From Puccinia triticina (lineage: Eukaryota): a stretch of DNA of 64,000 nt. Position 1 is the stretch's first letter, and every line of letters starts with the position of its first letter. The notes under the pieces are model-generated. The model was not told where the DNA came from and made no database searches. It saw nothing but the letters and a program-made list of their open reading frames with translations. The translations under genes were made by a program, and so were the position numbers. The DNA is taken from positions 6,324,001-6,388,000 of the forward strand of contig CP110439.1 in NCBI GenBank assembly GCA_026914245.1, written 5' to 3'. Positions 12,049 to 25,173 of this stretch are shown here, piece by piece.

Positions 12049-12823
12049 CTGCCAGCGGGTGCGGGTGTCTCATATTAGGCAAAGAATGCTGCGGGTACCC
12101 GGGTATTTTGTTCCACACCTGCTCACGGATATATGTAGCTGAGCTGTGAAGGCTGCGGACCGCCCATCCTCCGACACAGTTGGGGTTGTACATATACATG
12201 TCAGGTGGGATCCAAACCCTGGATGCACTCATTGACTTCAGCCAACAACCAATGCCTTGACCACTTAAGCGGGCCCAACAGCAGTCGGCACAAAGAGACA
12301 AATACCCATCCAACGACAAAACCAAAGATTGCGAGACAACTGACCCAAGCGCCACACCCAGGGGGAGCCAATCTACCAATGAGCAGCGTCTTGGTAAGAT
12401 GATTGATCAAAGCTTTTTTTATAATTTTTGGTTTCATCAATCACTCATTTTATAACTTGGTGCTCTTAGAACATGCAAGAAAACTTGCGCCCCGCGACTC
12501 AATGAGATAACTACGCCGCAGTCCTCTGATTGGGTCCCGTGACTCAATGAGCGGCGCTCTGCGCCTCTACTACTAAAAAGAACTGTAGTTTTTATCTTAT
12601 CTTTAGCAGACCTTTTTGCTGCTACTTCACATACTACCATTTTCCCCTCAACTGGGTCTTCATCAATTAGGTCCCGCGACTCAATGAGATAACTACGCCG
12701 CAGTCCTCTGAATGGGTCCCGCGACTCAATGAGCAGCCTTGACGGATATGAAAAGGGAGACAGGAGGCCCGGTCGGGGCCGGAGATACTGTGGTGCGCGG
12801 CTGCGGGCCAACAAGACATACAC

Positions 12824-13229
12824 CAACAATGGGAAGTTACATTATCCATGACGAAAAGTAACGGATAACGTGACTGAATCGGTGCCGTTATCATTGCGCT
12901 AACAGCAGCGTTGTTTTAGTTACATTATTTTTTTTTTTTTTTTGTTTTATTAGACCCGTTACGTTATCCCCCGCAATCTGAGGAGGATGACGTGCGGATA
13001 ACGCGGGTTTTTTGCCAATTTTACGGTGCTTTTGCGCCAGATAACGCGGTTAGCGCGTTATTGGCGTTATTTTTTGCAGCATCAAGGCAGAAAGTCCCCT
13101 CTGTTACGTTATCCAAAAAAGCAAAGGAACATTTCACCAGATAGCAATAACACGTTATCTGGTAACGGTGGGAAGTTACGTTACAAAAATCCCGCTGGAT
13201 AACGTAACGTAAGTAACTTCCCATTGTTG
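12824..13229. mobile_element. hAT-like MITE
   Basis: 17-bp TIR CAACAATGGGAAGTTAC. Flanking duplication CATACAC(C). Confidence 0.8.
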
Positions 13230-14160
13230 CATACACCTATGGGTGGGTGTGGCTGTAAATACCCAGGTACCTGCCACATTTTCCTTGGAATCCTGAACAT
13301 CTGCACCTATTGGCGGGTACCCGCCCGCGTGTTTGTTTGGCCATCTCTAATAGTATACATGTCTTTTTTTTTTTATTTCAAAGTCCTAGGGGACTTGCAA
13401 GAGTGATTTGGGAAGAAAAACTCAACTGGTCCCGCCAAAAAGACCGCTGGTACCTGCCCGGCGGTGCCAGATGCAGTGCCGGGTGCCTGATTTTTGCAAA
13501 AAAACGTGCGGGTACCGGCAGTGCAACCAGTACCAGGGTCCATTTTGTTGATCTCTAAGCAGCAGGTACCCGCAAATACCCGGAGCGGGTACCGCTGATA
13601 CCTGCTCCGCGGGTGCGGGTGTCTCATATTAGGCAAAAATCACTGCAGGTACCCGGGTTCAAATCAACCAGCTCTAACAATAGCACTCAAGACCAGCCTA
13701 GAGATATGAGCAGAGAAATCAGAACATGGCTGAGTGCTGATGAACAAGATAGAAACGGAAATGAACAGGAGTGTTGAGATGTGAGCAACAACTTGACAAG
13801 GATGTGAGTTTGAAGCTAAACAATGATGATTGGTTAGAGAACCAAGTGAAGAGTGTTAGATTATGAGTATCCACTTGTCTCATTATGAATACGCAGCAAG
13901 TATTGTCAATTCTCACCAGCATCCAAAAAGTACCAGTGAAACCCTAACCCCACTTTGGACCGCCATCAAAAGCAATTCACACTTGCACAACCTTGCTGGT
14001 CTTTTCCTCACGCGTTTACATCATTCTATTTGTGAGGAAGAGACTAGTAAGCACATCAACACCCTCTCACATCCTCAAGACACCAAGAATATCCAAACTG
14101 ACCCAAAACTTTCCTCATCCCTACCCCATCTTTTATTCCCATCTTCTTATAACATAGATA

Positions 14161-14379
14161 CAGTGACCCCGCCATGTAAGCATTCACGATGTAAGTATAA
14201 TCACAATGTAAGCATAATCACGATGTAAGCATAATCACAATGTAAGCATAATCACAATGTAAGCATAGCATAAATGTAGATTTCCCGCGGCCATTCTCTT
14301 GGTTTTGCTGGGATTTTACCTTGATAAGAAGCATAGGATTTTTGTCCACCATCCTTATGCTTACATGGTGGGGTCACTG
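14161..14379. mobile_element. Tc1/mariner-type MITE with internal 17-bp tandem repeats
   Basis: TIR CAGTGACCCCRCCATGTAAGCAT, TA on both sides, ~6 copies of TGTAAGCATAATCACRA. Confidence 0.85.
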
Positions 14380-14434
14380 TATTAAACTCTCTTGTGCGCG
14401 TCCCTCAAACATCGTCAACAATCAAAATAATCCT

Positions 14435-14582
14435 TGTGTTGCTGGAGTCCTAAGCTGTCTTGTCAAGAGTTGTCATTTACTTAGATTTGAATCATCATCA
14501 TCTCAGGTGTGTTGCTGGAGTCCTAAGCTGTCTTGTCAAGAGTCATCATTTACTTAGATTTGAATCATCATCATCTCAGGTG
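14435..14582. repeat. 73-bp tandem duplication
   Basis: TGTGTTGCTGGAGTCC...CATCTCAGG at 14435 and 14508. Confidence 0.9.
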
Positions 14583-15194
14583 CACTTTGCGTTCTTCCCA
14601 AAATTTACAAAGAGAAACAAGACACTTCTTGAACAATTAAACTCAGGACTGCTGCAGACTAGGTTGCTAATGTCACAAGTTCTGCATGAAGAGGGAAATG
14701 AACTACTAAGTATAACCAATGCTCTTAACAGGATCAACAAGCTGGAATCAGTAAAATTGCTGAGAAGCTTGACATTATCTGTACCCTTTATGCTGAAATG
14801 GATGAATTATTTGGTGGTTTGCCCAATGTGAATCCTTGGTGTAGGAAAGATGCAGAGGATTCAAGCAAATCATCTGATCATTCTTAAGAGGAGGAAAATT
14901 TGGATGGCTTAGAATTGGATGAAGAGGAATAATCAAACTACTGGCTAATCAATCACCGTAAGAGGACCAAGCAGCCTGCGTCTCAGACATTTTCAAAATA
15001 ATTTGAACGTGCGAGTGACTCAGAGGAAATGATAAACTATAATTGCAAAGCAATGAGAGGATTTGACGGTATACATACCAAGCAGCCTAAATAATAAACA
15101 AATGACTGGAGCAAAGTAAACTAATGTGCCCTTACATGCAAAGCAAACATTCTGTTCATGTCATGTAAAATAAGATATGGGGGGGGGGGGGGTA

Positions 15195-18100
15195 TCATGT
15201 TTGATCCTTGAGAGCAGGATTCGGGCGGATAGACGGGACGATAAACTTAGAAGTAGCTGCAGAAGGGACGACCAAGAAGTGATGGAGGGCGTTAGAATAA
15301 GAGGATTGGATTAAGATATCCTGCTTCGAGCCTATCCCCTGCTCGGCGCAAAGATTTGGAACCGCGGTTGCTGCTATTGTGGATCCGGAGGTTACGGGCA
15401 TAGTAGGTCTTATCGATCGGTCGGCGTTGGTTTCTGTTAACTTGATCGTCACCCGAGGGACGTTCAGGTATCCTGGCCTGAGCGGGACTAGGACCAAATT
15501 TATTTTTTCGATTTCATCGTCCTAAAACCAAGCGCAGAACAAAGCCAGACAAAAGGAACAGATAATTACAGTCAGAACTTCGCGCAACCGAAGAGATAGA
15601 AAGGATGGATCTAGAACGCAAGAAAACTATGACAAATAATGACAAATAAAGAAAGAAGGAGGGGCCAACCCGAGCAATGAACATTCCACGTTTACGACCT
15701 CCGATCAACCACTGATCCGACGATTCAGCGATTTCATAAACCAAGCCAACGGGCGGACGACCCGGAGACGGAGTGGCCCAGTTGAAAGAGGTCGAGATGA
15801 GCAGATCAATTGGCACCGGTCTGCCTACTTGTCCTACTTGGCCTTCTTCTCCTGAGGCTCGTTGAAAATCAATCGTAGCCAAGATCTGAAAAGTCTCCAC
15901 AAAAACACAAACGGGTTTTATTGCCAGATTACATCCAAACTCATTATTAGCCGGGCTGAAGTTCAGAATTTGAACGTCTTCACATGTTTTAAGAAAGGAA
16001 ACCAAGATAAGAGAAACTGACGACTGATCTTGATAATGTAAACGGATGGGTTATGCTTTGCCAAGGCAGATTAGGTGGGCAAATGACGGGAGAAGAGTCC
16101 TGAGAGGGATCCGAAAGAAGCGCGAATGAGTTCCGATGAGCTTACCACGCTTTAAGAGATGTGAATGTTAGAACTCTGAACAAACCTTAAGAACCGTACA
16201 GATTCGATCTACTAGTTGGCGCTTCTTAGCTTGATCTTTCTCGACCCGCTCACAGACCAGACTCCAGTCGACCCTCTCCTCCAGAATCCGCGTATGCAAG
16301 ACGTGATCGTAGAGATAAGTCGAATAGAATTGCTCGTCATATCGCTCTTCGTGCGTCATGATGTCCCTCACTTGTTCGACTAGAAAGCTAACGGTCTGTC
16401 TCTGGTCTTCGTCCAAGCCCACCATCAATTTTGTTCTTAGACATTCTGTAATTTCTGTAAATGAAGACGTGGATGTCAATTTATTTGCGTATCCACATGG
16501 AAACAATCAATCCTGACGCATCCAAGCTGCAGGTCAAATTTTTCGGAGGACTTCTACATACCAGTAATGATTGGCCGATACTTGACGATTAATTTTAACC
16601 GAGAGGAAGCTAAACACAAAACCCAAACCGAGGATCATGAACACCTCAAAATCTGTCTCTCGAAGAATCCTCCCTTGGATGAGAGCGGGAGGCGGGCGAA
16701 GAGAATACAACAGACCAATAACCTCGGAAAAGTTACTATGAGCAGTAGAAGAGGGAGTGGTGGTAGTGGCGGCAGCGACCTTAAAGATATGATCTGAGGT
16801 TTGAGACGGAAGGATGACCTGTTCAAGAAGAGACAGATAGATATCCATCAATCGAGAGGTCGCAACTCTTCCCAGCCGCAAGCAATCGAGAGATTATTTG
16901 GGAAATAATACGAGGCCGACACGGATCTCTGAATGCCCAGAGTCATGATGAATATACTTACAAGCGATGGCATTTTTGTACAAGCGGGTGATATCGAGAG
17001 CAGTGAATCGGAAGCTACTGTCTCTTCGTCGAGTTCCAGACTAACCCCCGCGATCCTCAAAGGACAGCCGCGATGGGTGCTGAGTGTGAACTTGGTAAAC
17101 ACCCTGTCACTCCGCAAGAGATAGAAACAAGAAATATATGAGCCGGGAAGATAACAATGAGAAGGGGAAGGAGGAAACCCAAGCAGCGCGTGACAGCTCG
17201 TACCAATTGGGTCGAAAGATCTCGCGGATTTTCACCTCGATGGGCTGTGTGATTTTCAGCTTGGATGCCTTTCGAAAGGTTCGCTTGATACTCGGATCTT
17301 CACGAAGTCGGTAGTCGACACTGATATTGACCTTGAAATTTCAATAAGCAGAAATCTGGAACTATAAGACTCTCTCCCTGCAATCTTGATTTCATCTTGG
17401 GAAGGGAGAAAGAAGACCGACCTCAACATGTGATTCGTCTACGGACGTATGGAAAGGTACGAGCAGGCAAACTGTCGACTTGGGTTGAATTCCTTCAACA
17501 ATAACCTTATTTTCACAGTCGCTGACCAACTTAACCTCTGTTGAGACATCCATACGGAAGTAAGTGATTATCTGCTAGCAACAAGCAAGATTGGGAAAAA
17601 AAAACTGACGATTATCGAGATGATCGCAGAGAGTGGAATTGTTGAATTCGAACTTTATTTCTGAGTCTGAAGAAATGCTGATCGCGGCCTGTGACAAATG
17701 ATTCCTCCCACTAAATAATCGCAGAAGGCATTTCCTAGCTTCTCCCACACGAACTACATATAGTTTCATGCACAAAAAAATCAAAATGAGGCTAGGTTTT
17801 CCACTTTCAGTCACAATGAAAAGAATTGATTAATCAAGCCCACTATCAGGAGGTAGTTCCAGCTGGATCTCTAAGCCCAACAGATCTTTAGGAAATGAAA
17901 CTATCTCTAAAACCTCTTGGTCAAGACCTTTTTCATTCTGAGATCCTTGTGGGCGATGATAATACTGAAACAAGATCCTGCTGATCCGGATTTGGGAGAC
18001 ATCGAGCACCAAAGTTTCGGCGACAGGCGTCTTGATTGATAAAGCATCAATTGTTTCATCGAAAGAAGAACGGGAAAAAAGGGACGGGAGGAGATATGTA

Positions 18101-20812
18101 GTTGAATAATTGAGAAAAGAGTATAAGTGACAGTTGAAGGCTTGAACTGACTGCACAAAACAAGTCGATCACCGTCTGGCCAGGTACTAAACGAGAAGCG
18201 CCCGCCGTGAACCATAACGTCTCGGATTTCTTGCCTGTGAATTTCATGCGAACCGCTTCGACTTGGATCGGCTTTGGTTGTTGTACAGCTCAAATTTCCA
18301 GTCAGCTATCATAATCATTCATAGACGACAGGGAAAAAAAGAATACAGTAGAAAGAAGTGAGCTCGATGTTGAACTTTAGATTTACACAGGGTAACAGAT
18401 TGGTGATTTTTGCCTCAACCACCGATCTTTCCGCGGTTTTAGACAGACGGCCGATGGTTGAGTTTAGCATGATCGAGAAGATAGGAAAGCCGATGGCAGC
18501 AAAGTCTTTCTCTAGCTTCAGGGATTGTTCCTTGATATCTTGCATGAGCTTACTGGCCAGAGTAGATTGGTCGTAAGGACCTGCCTGGTCGGGTTGGGAG
18601 GGAGTTGAAGATCTGAGCATGACATCTTGGGACCATTTGCCTGGCTCATAGGTGACCCCTGAGCGAACCAGGGCCAATGTACTGAGCAGCCATTCCCTTG
18701 ATAATCCCAGCTCTTTCTGGAGGCTTGCGCATCGATCCAACAGGCTCGACTCGATCGTCGTCCATTTATCATCAACATAATGGGCCGGCAGATGGGAGTA
18801 TAACCGATGGGCGGATTCTTGACGCGCTTGGGTCTGCTCGAAGGCGGCGGTTTTGCAGTGAAGCTTCAGAGCCGAACGCCGTCGACCGGTGGATTGGTAA
18901 AGGTTGATCGTCCGTCGAGCCAGATCAAGGTAGACTTTTTCGAACGTCTTTGGGTCTTTTAGGGAATCGATCAGATTGGCTGGCGATGTTACGGACGGAG
19001 ATGAGTTTGGTCTCGATTGTTCAGAGGATACTTCTGGCGCGTGACTCAATGACATATTAAAAGGGTGTATTGGAGGAAGATGTCCAGCCTGAATTCCGAT
19101 GCGGTCAAGCTAGTCGCGTTATCAAGGGTGTCAGATATAGAAAGCATTGAATCAAAAAATGATTGGAGCCAGTTCATTCACTCAACCTGAGAGTGGGCCA
19201 GTTCAAGCAATTGCGCACAGCACCTCAAGCTGTCCAAAGTTGCGATATCCTTGTTGCCGGGAGTGATCCGTTTTTCGCACCATTCAACCAATTCATTGCA
19301 TGCACAATAGACCCAAGACTCTATGTAGTTGGCCGGCCATGTATGCTACAGTCAATCGGTGATTATTGGTTACCGGAATGAAGTTATATAAAATTATGAA
19401 AAAAGACTACTGACTTCATGAGATCGGAGGAATGCTGCGAAAGTCGAGATGAAGACCGATGCCCTCTTGACTGCCTCGTCTAATCGGCCCAATTGACCCA
19501 ACAGGCTGATCTGTTTAGAAAATATGAAGATCCTTAAATCGAAAATTGACATTTGACCTGCACCGACCACCTTGAGATACTCCTGCGAGGGATCAGTGTT
19601 GAGTGCCAGTCTGGAATAGCGGCTTGAGCTTTTGCCGTAAATTTTGTCATGCCACATTTGGGGGCAATCTGAGGCAGGTGTACACGATTGATATTCCCAG
19701 CGTTAAAATTAGAGGCCTGCGTGGCTGAATGACAAGAATAATGTGCATTTACGAACAGTGGCTGACCTGAGAGGGATTGTGAGAACGCGGCATCTAGTTC
19801 ATCATACTGGATCAAACTATCCTCGAACAAATTCATCATTTCGAACTGATTTGCTAACTGCGCCTAGAAATAGAGACACACATTTCAATTTTCGTTGAAC
19901 TTGAAACAAACATGCGACAAAGAGGAGTAGTCATGTCTGTCGCAGAGCCCACCTTTTGAATGAAAAATGCTTGAAAATCCCAGCCGTGCCGACTTCTCTT
20001 AGAAACCATCATCCGCAAGGATTCCTCCATTTCATTAATTCTGAATTCGAAGACCAAGAGTACGGATTGCTTGAGTCTGGTGATGAGTTCGGTCCATTGG
20101 GTAGACGAGTCTTGCATACTAGCCTGGACGATCGAATCCATCGTGCTCATGTAGGACAGTTGAATACACCTCCAGACAAGCAATTAAACCCCGGGCAGAG
20201 AATAGGAATCCATTATCAATTCAATCGAATGCGGGCTGCCGAACGAGTTGCGATTTTCAAAGGGAAAAAAGAGGGACTACCTTTCCATCTTTTGCGGATT
20301 GAAATCTGCCTTCAGTTTGTCCAACACCCCAGTTTTGGTACGGAAGATCCCAGCGGTGGATGGGTTGAGTTTGGGTGCGGTAGATACATGCACGATCAGC
20401 CATTCTGAATGACTGGCTTGGACGGAATCTAGCCAGGTTCGAATTTCTTGTTTGATGATAGTTTTGTACGCCTCATGGTCCTACAAATTCAAATTGCAAC
20501 AGAAATCAGTCTAGGGGCTGAGAAAGAAGACCAAAAGAAGAAGGCAATCCTCACATCACAAGCCACGAAAAGCAGGTAAACGAAGGGAGTCGAAGAGGGC
20601 GAAGGCGGTTTAGCGGGATCGAAAGCTTGGAAGGCGATTGGGAGAGAAGGGATAAGTCTGAGTGGCCGATTTTTCGGTTTCCAGTGGAGGGTCTTGAGTG
20701 GCAGCTGGCGATGGAGGTCGGCCTGTATGCGTCCCCAGACGTCAGGCGACGGTGAAGTATGATAGGAGACGATGATCGATGGTGGCGGACTGCTAGCTTG
20801 GACGGCTTCCAT
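15195..20812 (-). CDS. TRS130: TRAPP II complex subunit Trs130 / TRAPPC10, multi-exon; exon boundaries not fully resolved
   Basis: Ordered motifs LPLKTLHWK, GWDFQAFFIQK, LFEDSLIQYDELD, SIFDLRIFIFSKQ, YQSTGRRRSA, WLIGGRKRG and LVPLRPGYLNVPRV, as in the Trs130 family. CpG-rich sequence with short introns. Probable ATG at 20812 and TGA at 15195-15197. Confidence 0.88.
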
Positions 20813-21374
20813 TGGCTTTTTGATGGCGGTCAACAGCCGAGATGCTCGGATAGTTCAATGCCCGCTTCGAACACCTTGACGTCACATGTATCGGTGCCGG
20901 CCATCCGGTCGGGCGGGGACCCGGCGGGGCGGGTCAGAAGTCCAACCATCCAGCCAGACGCACTGCACCGCGCCGAGCCTACATAAAGCAGCAACAAGAT
21001 AAAACAAGGCTATCAAGGTCTTATCCTCTCCAATCACAAAACTTGCATATAGCTGTTGTGTAACAGCTTGTCCGCGCTGTTTTCTTTTTTTTTCCGAACC
21101 TTGGAAGACAAGGATGACATGGATCCTGATGATTCCAAACCAGAAGAACAAGAGCCTGGCTGGGAGAATGACTCAAATGACCAAGAACAGCTCAACACTG
21201 CTTTTATTCACCTTAAAAAGGGAAATTTCTTGAAAGTTTTCAGAAAACTAAAGGTTTATTTCTTTGGATAAGTATCTGTCTTTTAAATACAATTTGATAA
21301 TGAAAAGAATGGAAATTGTACCTAAAGGCAGATAAAACCAGCCTGCTACAGTCAACACTGAAACAAATACAATA

Positions 21375-21970
21375 ATAGGGGTGTTCACAATAGGATAAAA
21401 ATAAAACTTTAGAGCCAATTTTAAGGCCTTTATGTACAACTTTTTAAAAAGTGAAGAAGTTGTGCTGATTGTCAGCGGAGATCCAATCCTGTACATCTTG
21501 CCACATTTTTGAAAAATTGTTTTCAAAGGCCTGAAAATTGACTTAAAATTTTATTTTTATCATATTAGGGGGGTTCACAATAGGATAAAAATAAAACTTT
21601 AGAGCTAATTTTAAGGCCTTTATGAACAACTTTTTAAAAAATAAAGATGTTGCTTTGATTCTCAGGGGATACCCAGTCCTGTACACCTTGCCAGATTTTT
21701 AAAATTTTGTTGATAAAGACCTTAAAATTGACTCTAAAATTTTACTTTTATCCTATTGTGAACCCCCCTATTGTGGATTGAATTTTACTAAAATTTGGAG
21801 CCAAATTTATAAAGGCCTTTATGAACAAAATTTTAAAATTTTGGGAAAATGCATAGCAGCAGATGATACTGATCAATCAGTAAAATTTATCAATTTTTTG
21901 ATAAAATGTTCATAAACACCTCAAAATGTGTCCCAAAGTTTTGTAAATTTCAATTGTAAACCCCCCTAAT
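21375..21970. mobile_element. Cluster of AT-rich inverted-repeat (MITE-like) units
   Basis: TAGGGGKGTTCACAATAGGATAAAA at ~21376 and ~21566, with the reverse complement at ~21745-21770. Two ~190-bp related units. Confidence 0.55.
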
Positions 21971-21978
21971 ATGTCACA

Positions 21979-22123
21979 GAGTGTATATGGTAAATGTTTT
22001 TCATTAAAGATGAATACCTACATGTCCATTTATTTGACACATTATCCTATATATAATGGCTAAAAACAAAAAATGGAACATGTAGGTATGCATCTTCAAC
22101 AAAAACATTTACCATATACACTC
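21979..22123. mobile_element. Short hairpin-like MITE
   Basis: GAGTGTATATGGTAAATGTTTTT...ACCTACATG is inverted at 22078-22123. Confidence 0.7.
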
Positions 22124-22172
22124 CATGTATGATGTATTGTATTTGTTTCAGTTTTGCTATGTACATATCTTA

Positions 22173-22394
22173 GGCCCTGTTTGGCAGTGTCATTATTACA
22201 CAATAAAGAATCGGGGCATGCCCCTTTACATTATGTAAAACATCATTTTGGTGCCTGATCTTTTGGAAGTAAACTATCAAGCTTTATGACAGCTTACTTT
22301 CAAAAGCCTATCCTAAAAAAAAAAAAATTACAATATGTAATGGTATTGCATTTTGAACATTACGCTGTGTAATATGACACTGCCAAACAGGGCC
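22173..22394. mobile_element. PIF/Harbinger (Tourist-like) MITE
   Basis: TIR GGCCCTGTTTGGCAGTGTCAT. TTA TSD at 22170-22172 and 22395-22397. Confidence 0.9.
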
Positions 22395-23057
22395 TTAGAA
22401 GATAAAAAAATGAAGCTGATGATAATATTTTACCTCTTTATTCTTAGTATGACAAGATTTCTAATTCAAAAAGAAATAAAATTTGTTGTCATTATCATTA
22501 ATGATTGACTAGTGTTCAGTGTGATAGTTTAACACATTACTTTTATAACAATAGTTTCTATGTTGAAACCTGAAGTTATAATCTTAGCTAGTCTTGTTGA
22601 TATTGGCTGATAACAAAGATGATTATTTTCAGTTTCTTATCTTTTCAGATAGCTAAGTTCCTCATTAAAGTATATAACTCACTATCAAGTGTGCTTATAT
22701 CATCAATGAGTTTGTGAGAGTAATTGCCATTAAGTGATGATGATTATCTGAAAGAGGTAATGAAGATGTTCATCTTCAGTTTCCTTTTTGTCTCAGGAAG
22801 ATTGGGATCAATTAAAGATGTTGGAGTTTGATCTTTGATCTATGTTGTTGATGACACTGGCATCATTGACCATGAAGCACTTGACTTTCTTTGCCAATTG
22901 GCTGTTCCACCTTGGGATGGGCCAAATCTGCAAGCATGAAATAAAAATATTGTTTCAGCCTGTAAGTGGATATAATTCATATACACTTGCTGTGGATTTC
23001 TCTCTTTTGAGAAGTGTCATCATAAGAAGAATTCCAACATTTCTCACTATGTACTTA

Positions 23058-24001
23058 GAGCATCTTCACCGCGCGGGACTATCTGAGGGACTAAATCCCC
23101 AACTTGCACGACTGCGGCACAGTTTTAGTCCTCCACCCAAAGACTTTTTCACACTTCAGAGTCCCCAAAATAGCACCTCCAGGTTGTGAAAGGGGCTCCC
23201 CCGATTCCCCCCTGCTCCATGACCAGTCCTCAAAAGGAGACACCCCTATCAATAGCCGGTGCTGACTGGACATTGTCATGCACCTCACCGGCCATCAACT
23301 GGTCCTCTCAATGGCCAATATTGCAGCCATCAATCAGTCCTCTCAATGGTTGATATCAATTTCTGTCAGTAGAAGAGCCCTCCTCTCAATCCAATACTTT
23401 GTATTGGACAAAGGAGAAAAACTTGGAACCCTCTGTCTTCTACTCGGACCAATCTAGTTGTATTGGTTGGAGAGGAAGAACGGGATTCCTTGGGGGATTT
23501 TGATTTCTGGTACAGGCCATCAAGAGGTATGTATTGATGACCGGTACCGGCCATTGAGAGGTACATATCAATGGCCGGTACCGGCCATCCAGAGGCACTT
23601 ATTGATGACCGGTCGGTAACGGCCATCAATGTGTATTACGTAGTCCTCTCGATGGCAGTGGAAGCCATCAAGAGTTGAGTTCAACCTCCGTTGACCGGAG
23701 TGTTATGTAGATACAAATTATGTAGCTTGGCCGGTAACAGCCAAGAATAGTGTACGTGCATGTTGAGGTTGGGGATATTGGGGTTTGTGTGCAGTGATGA
23801 GCGGAGTATCACAAGCCTATGGCTGTGTGATATGTGAGCCAGAGGGACTATGTGGGGAGCTATACGGTCCTAGATCTGGGACTGGTGTAGGGCCCGGATG
23901 GGTTTTTCCTAGTTTAGGGCCTCCGGTGGAGGGACTAAACTGGGTTTGGGGGACTAAATTTGGTATAGTCCCCTGACTTAGGGCCCATGGTGGAGATGCT
24001 C
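23058..24001. mobile_element. PIF/Harbinger (Tourist-like) non-autonomous element
   Basis: TIR GAGCATCTYCACC. TTA TSD at 23055-23057 and 24002-24004. GGGACTA subterminal motifs and internal CCGGCCATC repeats. Confidence 0.85.
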
Positions 24002-25139
24002 TTAGACATCCGTAATATGGACACTCTGTACCACCAACGGGGTTTTCCGTTAGCGGTCAACAATTTCCCGCTACTGCTAACAGGCTCCCCTGAAAACTAC
24101 AGGGCCTCTATTGGCGCCATCAATGCTAGCAGTGCTAATTAGCCACTAAAAAGCAGATAGCACTGTTACTGCCTGTTAGCGTAGCGTAGTGTGACAGGAA
24201 CTACGCAACGCTAAGCTAGCGCATTGCGCACGCTACCGCTAGTTTGGCATAGCAGCCCAGTGTTGCTTGGAGCCTGAGGTAAGATTTTCCATTTCACATG
24301 TTTTGTTGGCTTGAGAATTCAAGGCAACCCCTTTATTGTATAGGATTTCTTGGAGATGAACAAACACATGGGAGGTGATGGGCCGAAGCTGGCAATGAAT
24401 GGGCTTATATGAATATTTACACATTCTTGATACCCCTAAAAAATAATTTGACCGCAACAACAAATGAGACTGAGGTGGAGCCAATGTTTGCTCCAATGAT
24501 CAAAAGCACTAAGAAGTATGTCAATATAGCCCTCAAGTGTAATATGTTGAGGTTTTTGAGGTATTGCTAGAGACACAACGCGCGGTGGCTAGTCAAGAGA
24601 TAGCTTCAATGACGTCATGGAGTGTCAATACTCCAAATTCAGCTCCAAATTCAGAGCTGTTGACCGTTTATATCAAGCTCTCAGTTTACCATTGACTCTC
24701 TCTCTTTTCCTCATCTCAACACCATCTTCCAAATCTGCAACACCTTTGTATCATCAATTCTTATCTGCGGGATTCCTTTTGTCAAGGTCATTCATCTAGG
24801 TCGGCTGCTCAACAGGTTCTTAATCCCATTTCTTTTTCTCATCCTGTTGACCATCATTGTATCTAACCTCCTTTCTCTATTAGTCTTTTAAATCCTGATG
24901 TTTGTTTGGTGGTGGTTTTTATATATCCTGTTCTCATCAATTCCATAGTTCCTGTTTTCATTTGGGTATTGTTATTTCTCTTTCTTTCTTTATTGTATTG
25001 TTGCTAAAATATATTTTTCATTTAGCCTGAAAATTCTCATAATAGCATTATTGTGAGCCTGAGTCTATATATTGACAGCAGGACACAAGGAAAAAGGGGG
25101 TAATATTTGGATTTCTTTGGATAAAGAAAATACAAATAT

Positions 25140-25173
<34 letters not shown>

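Larger units (their letters stand above)
10849..13676. mobile_element. Non-autonomous hAT element with nested insertions
   Basis: TIR TAGAGCTGGTTGA at both ends. Perfect 8-bp TSD ACAATAGC at 10841-10848 and 13677-13684. GCGGGTACCC subterminal motifs. Confidence 0.92.
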
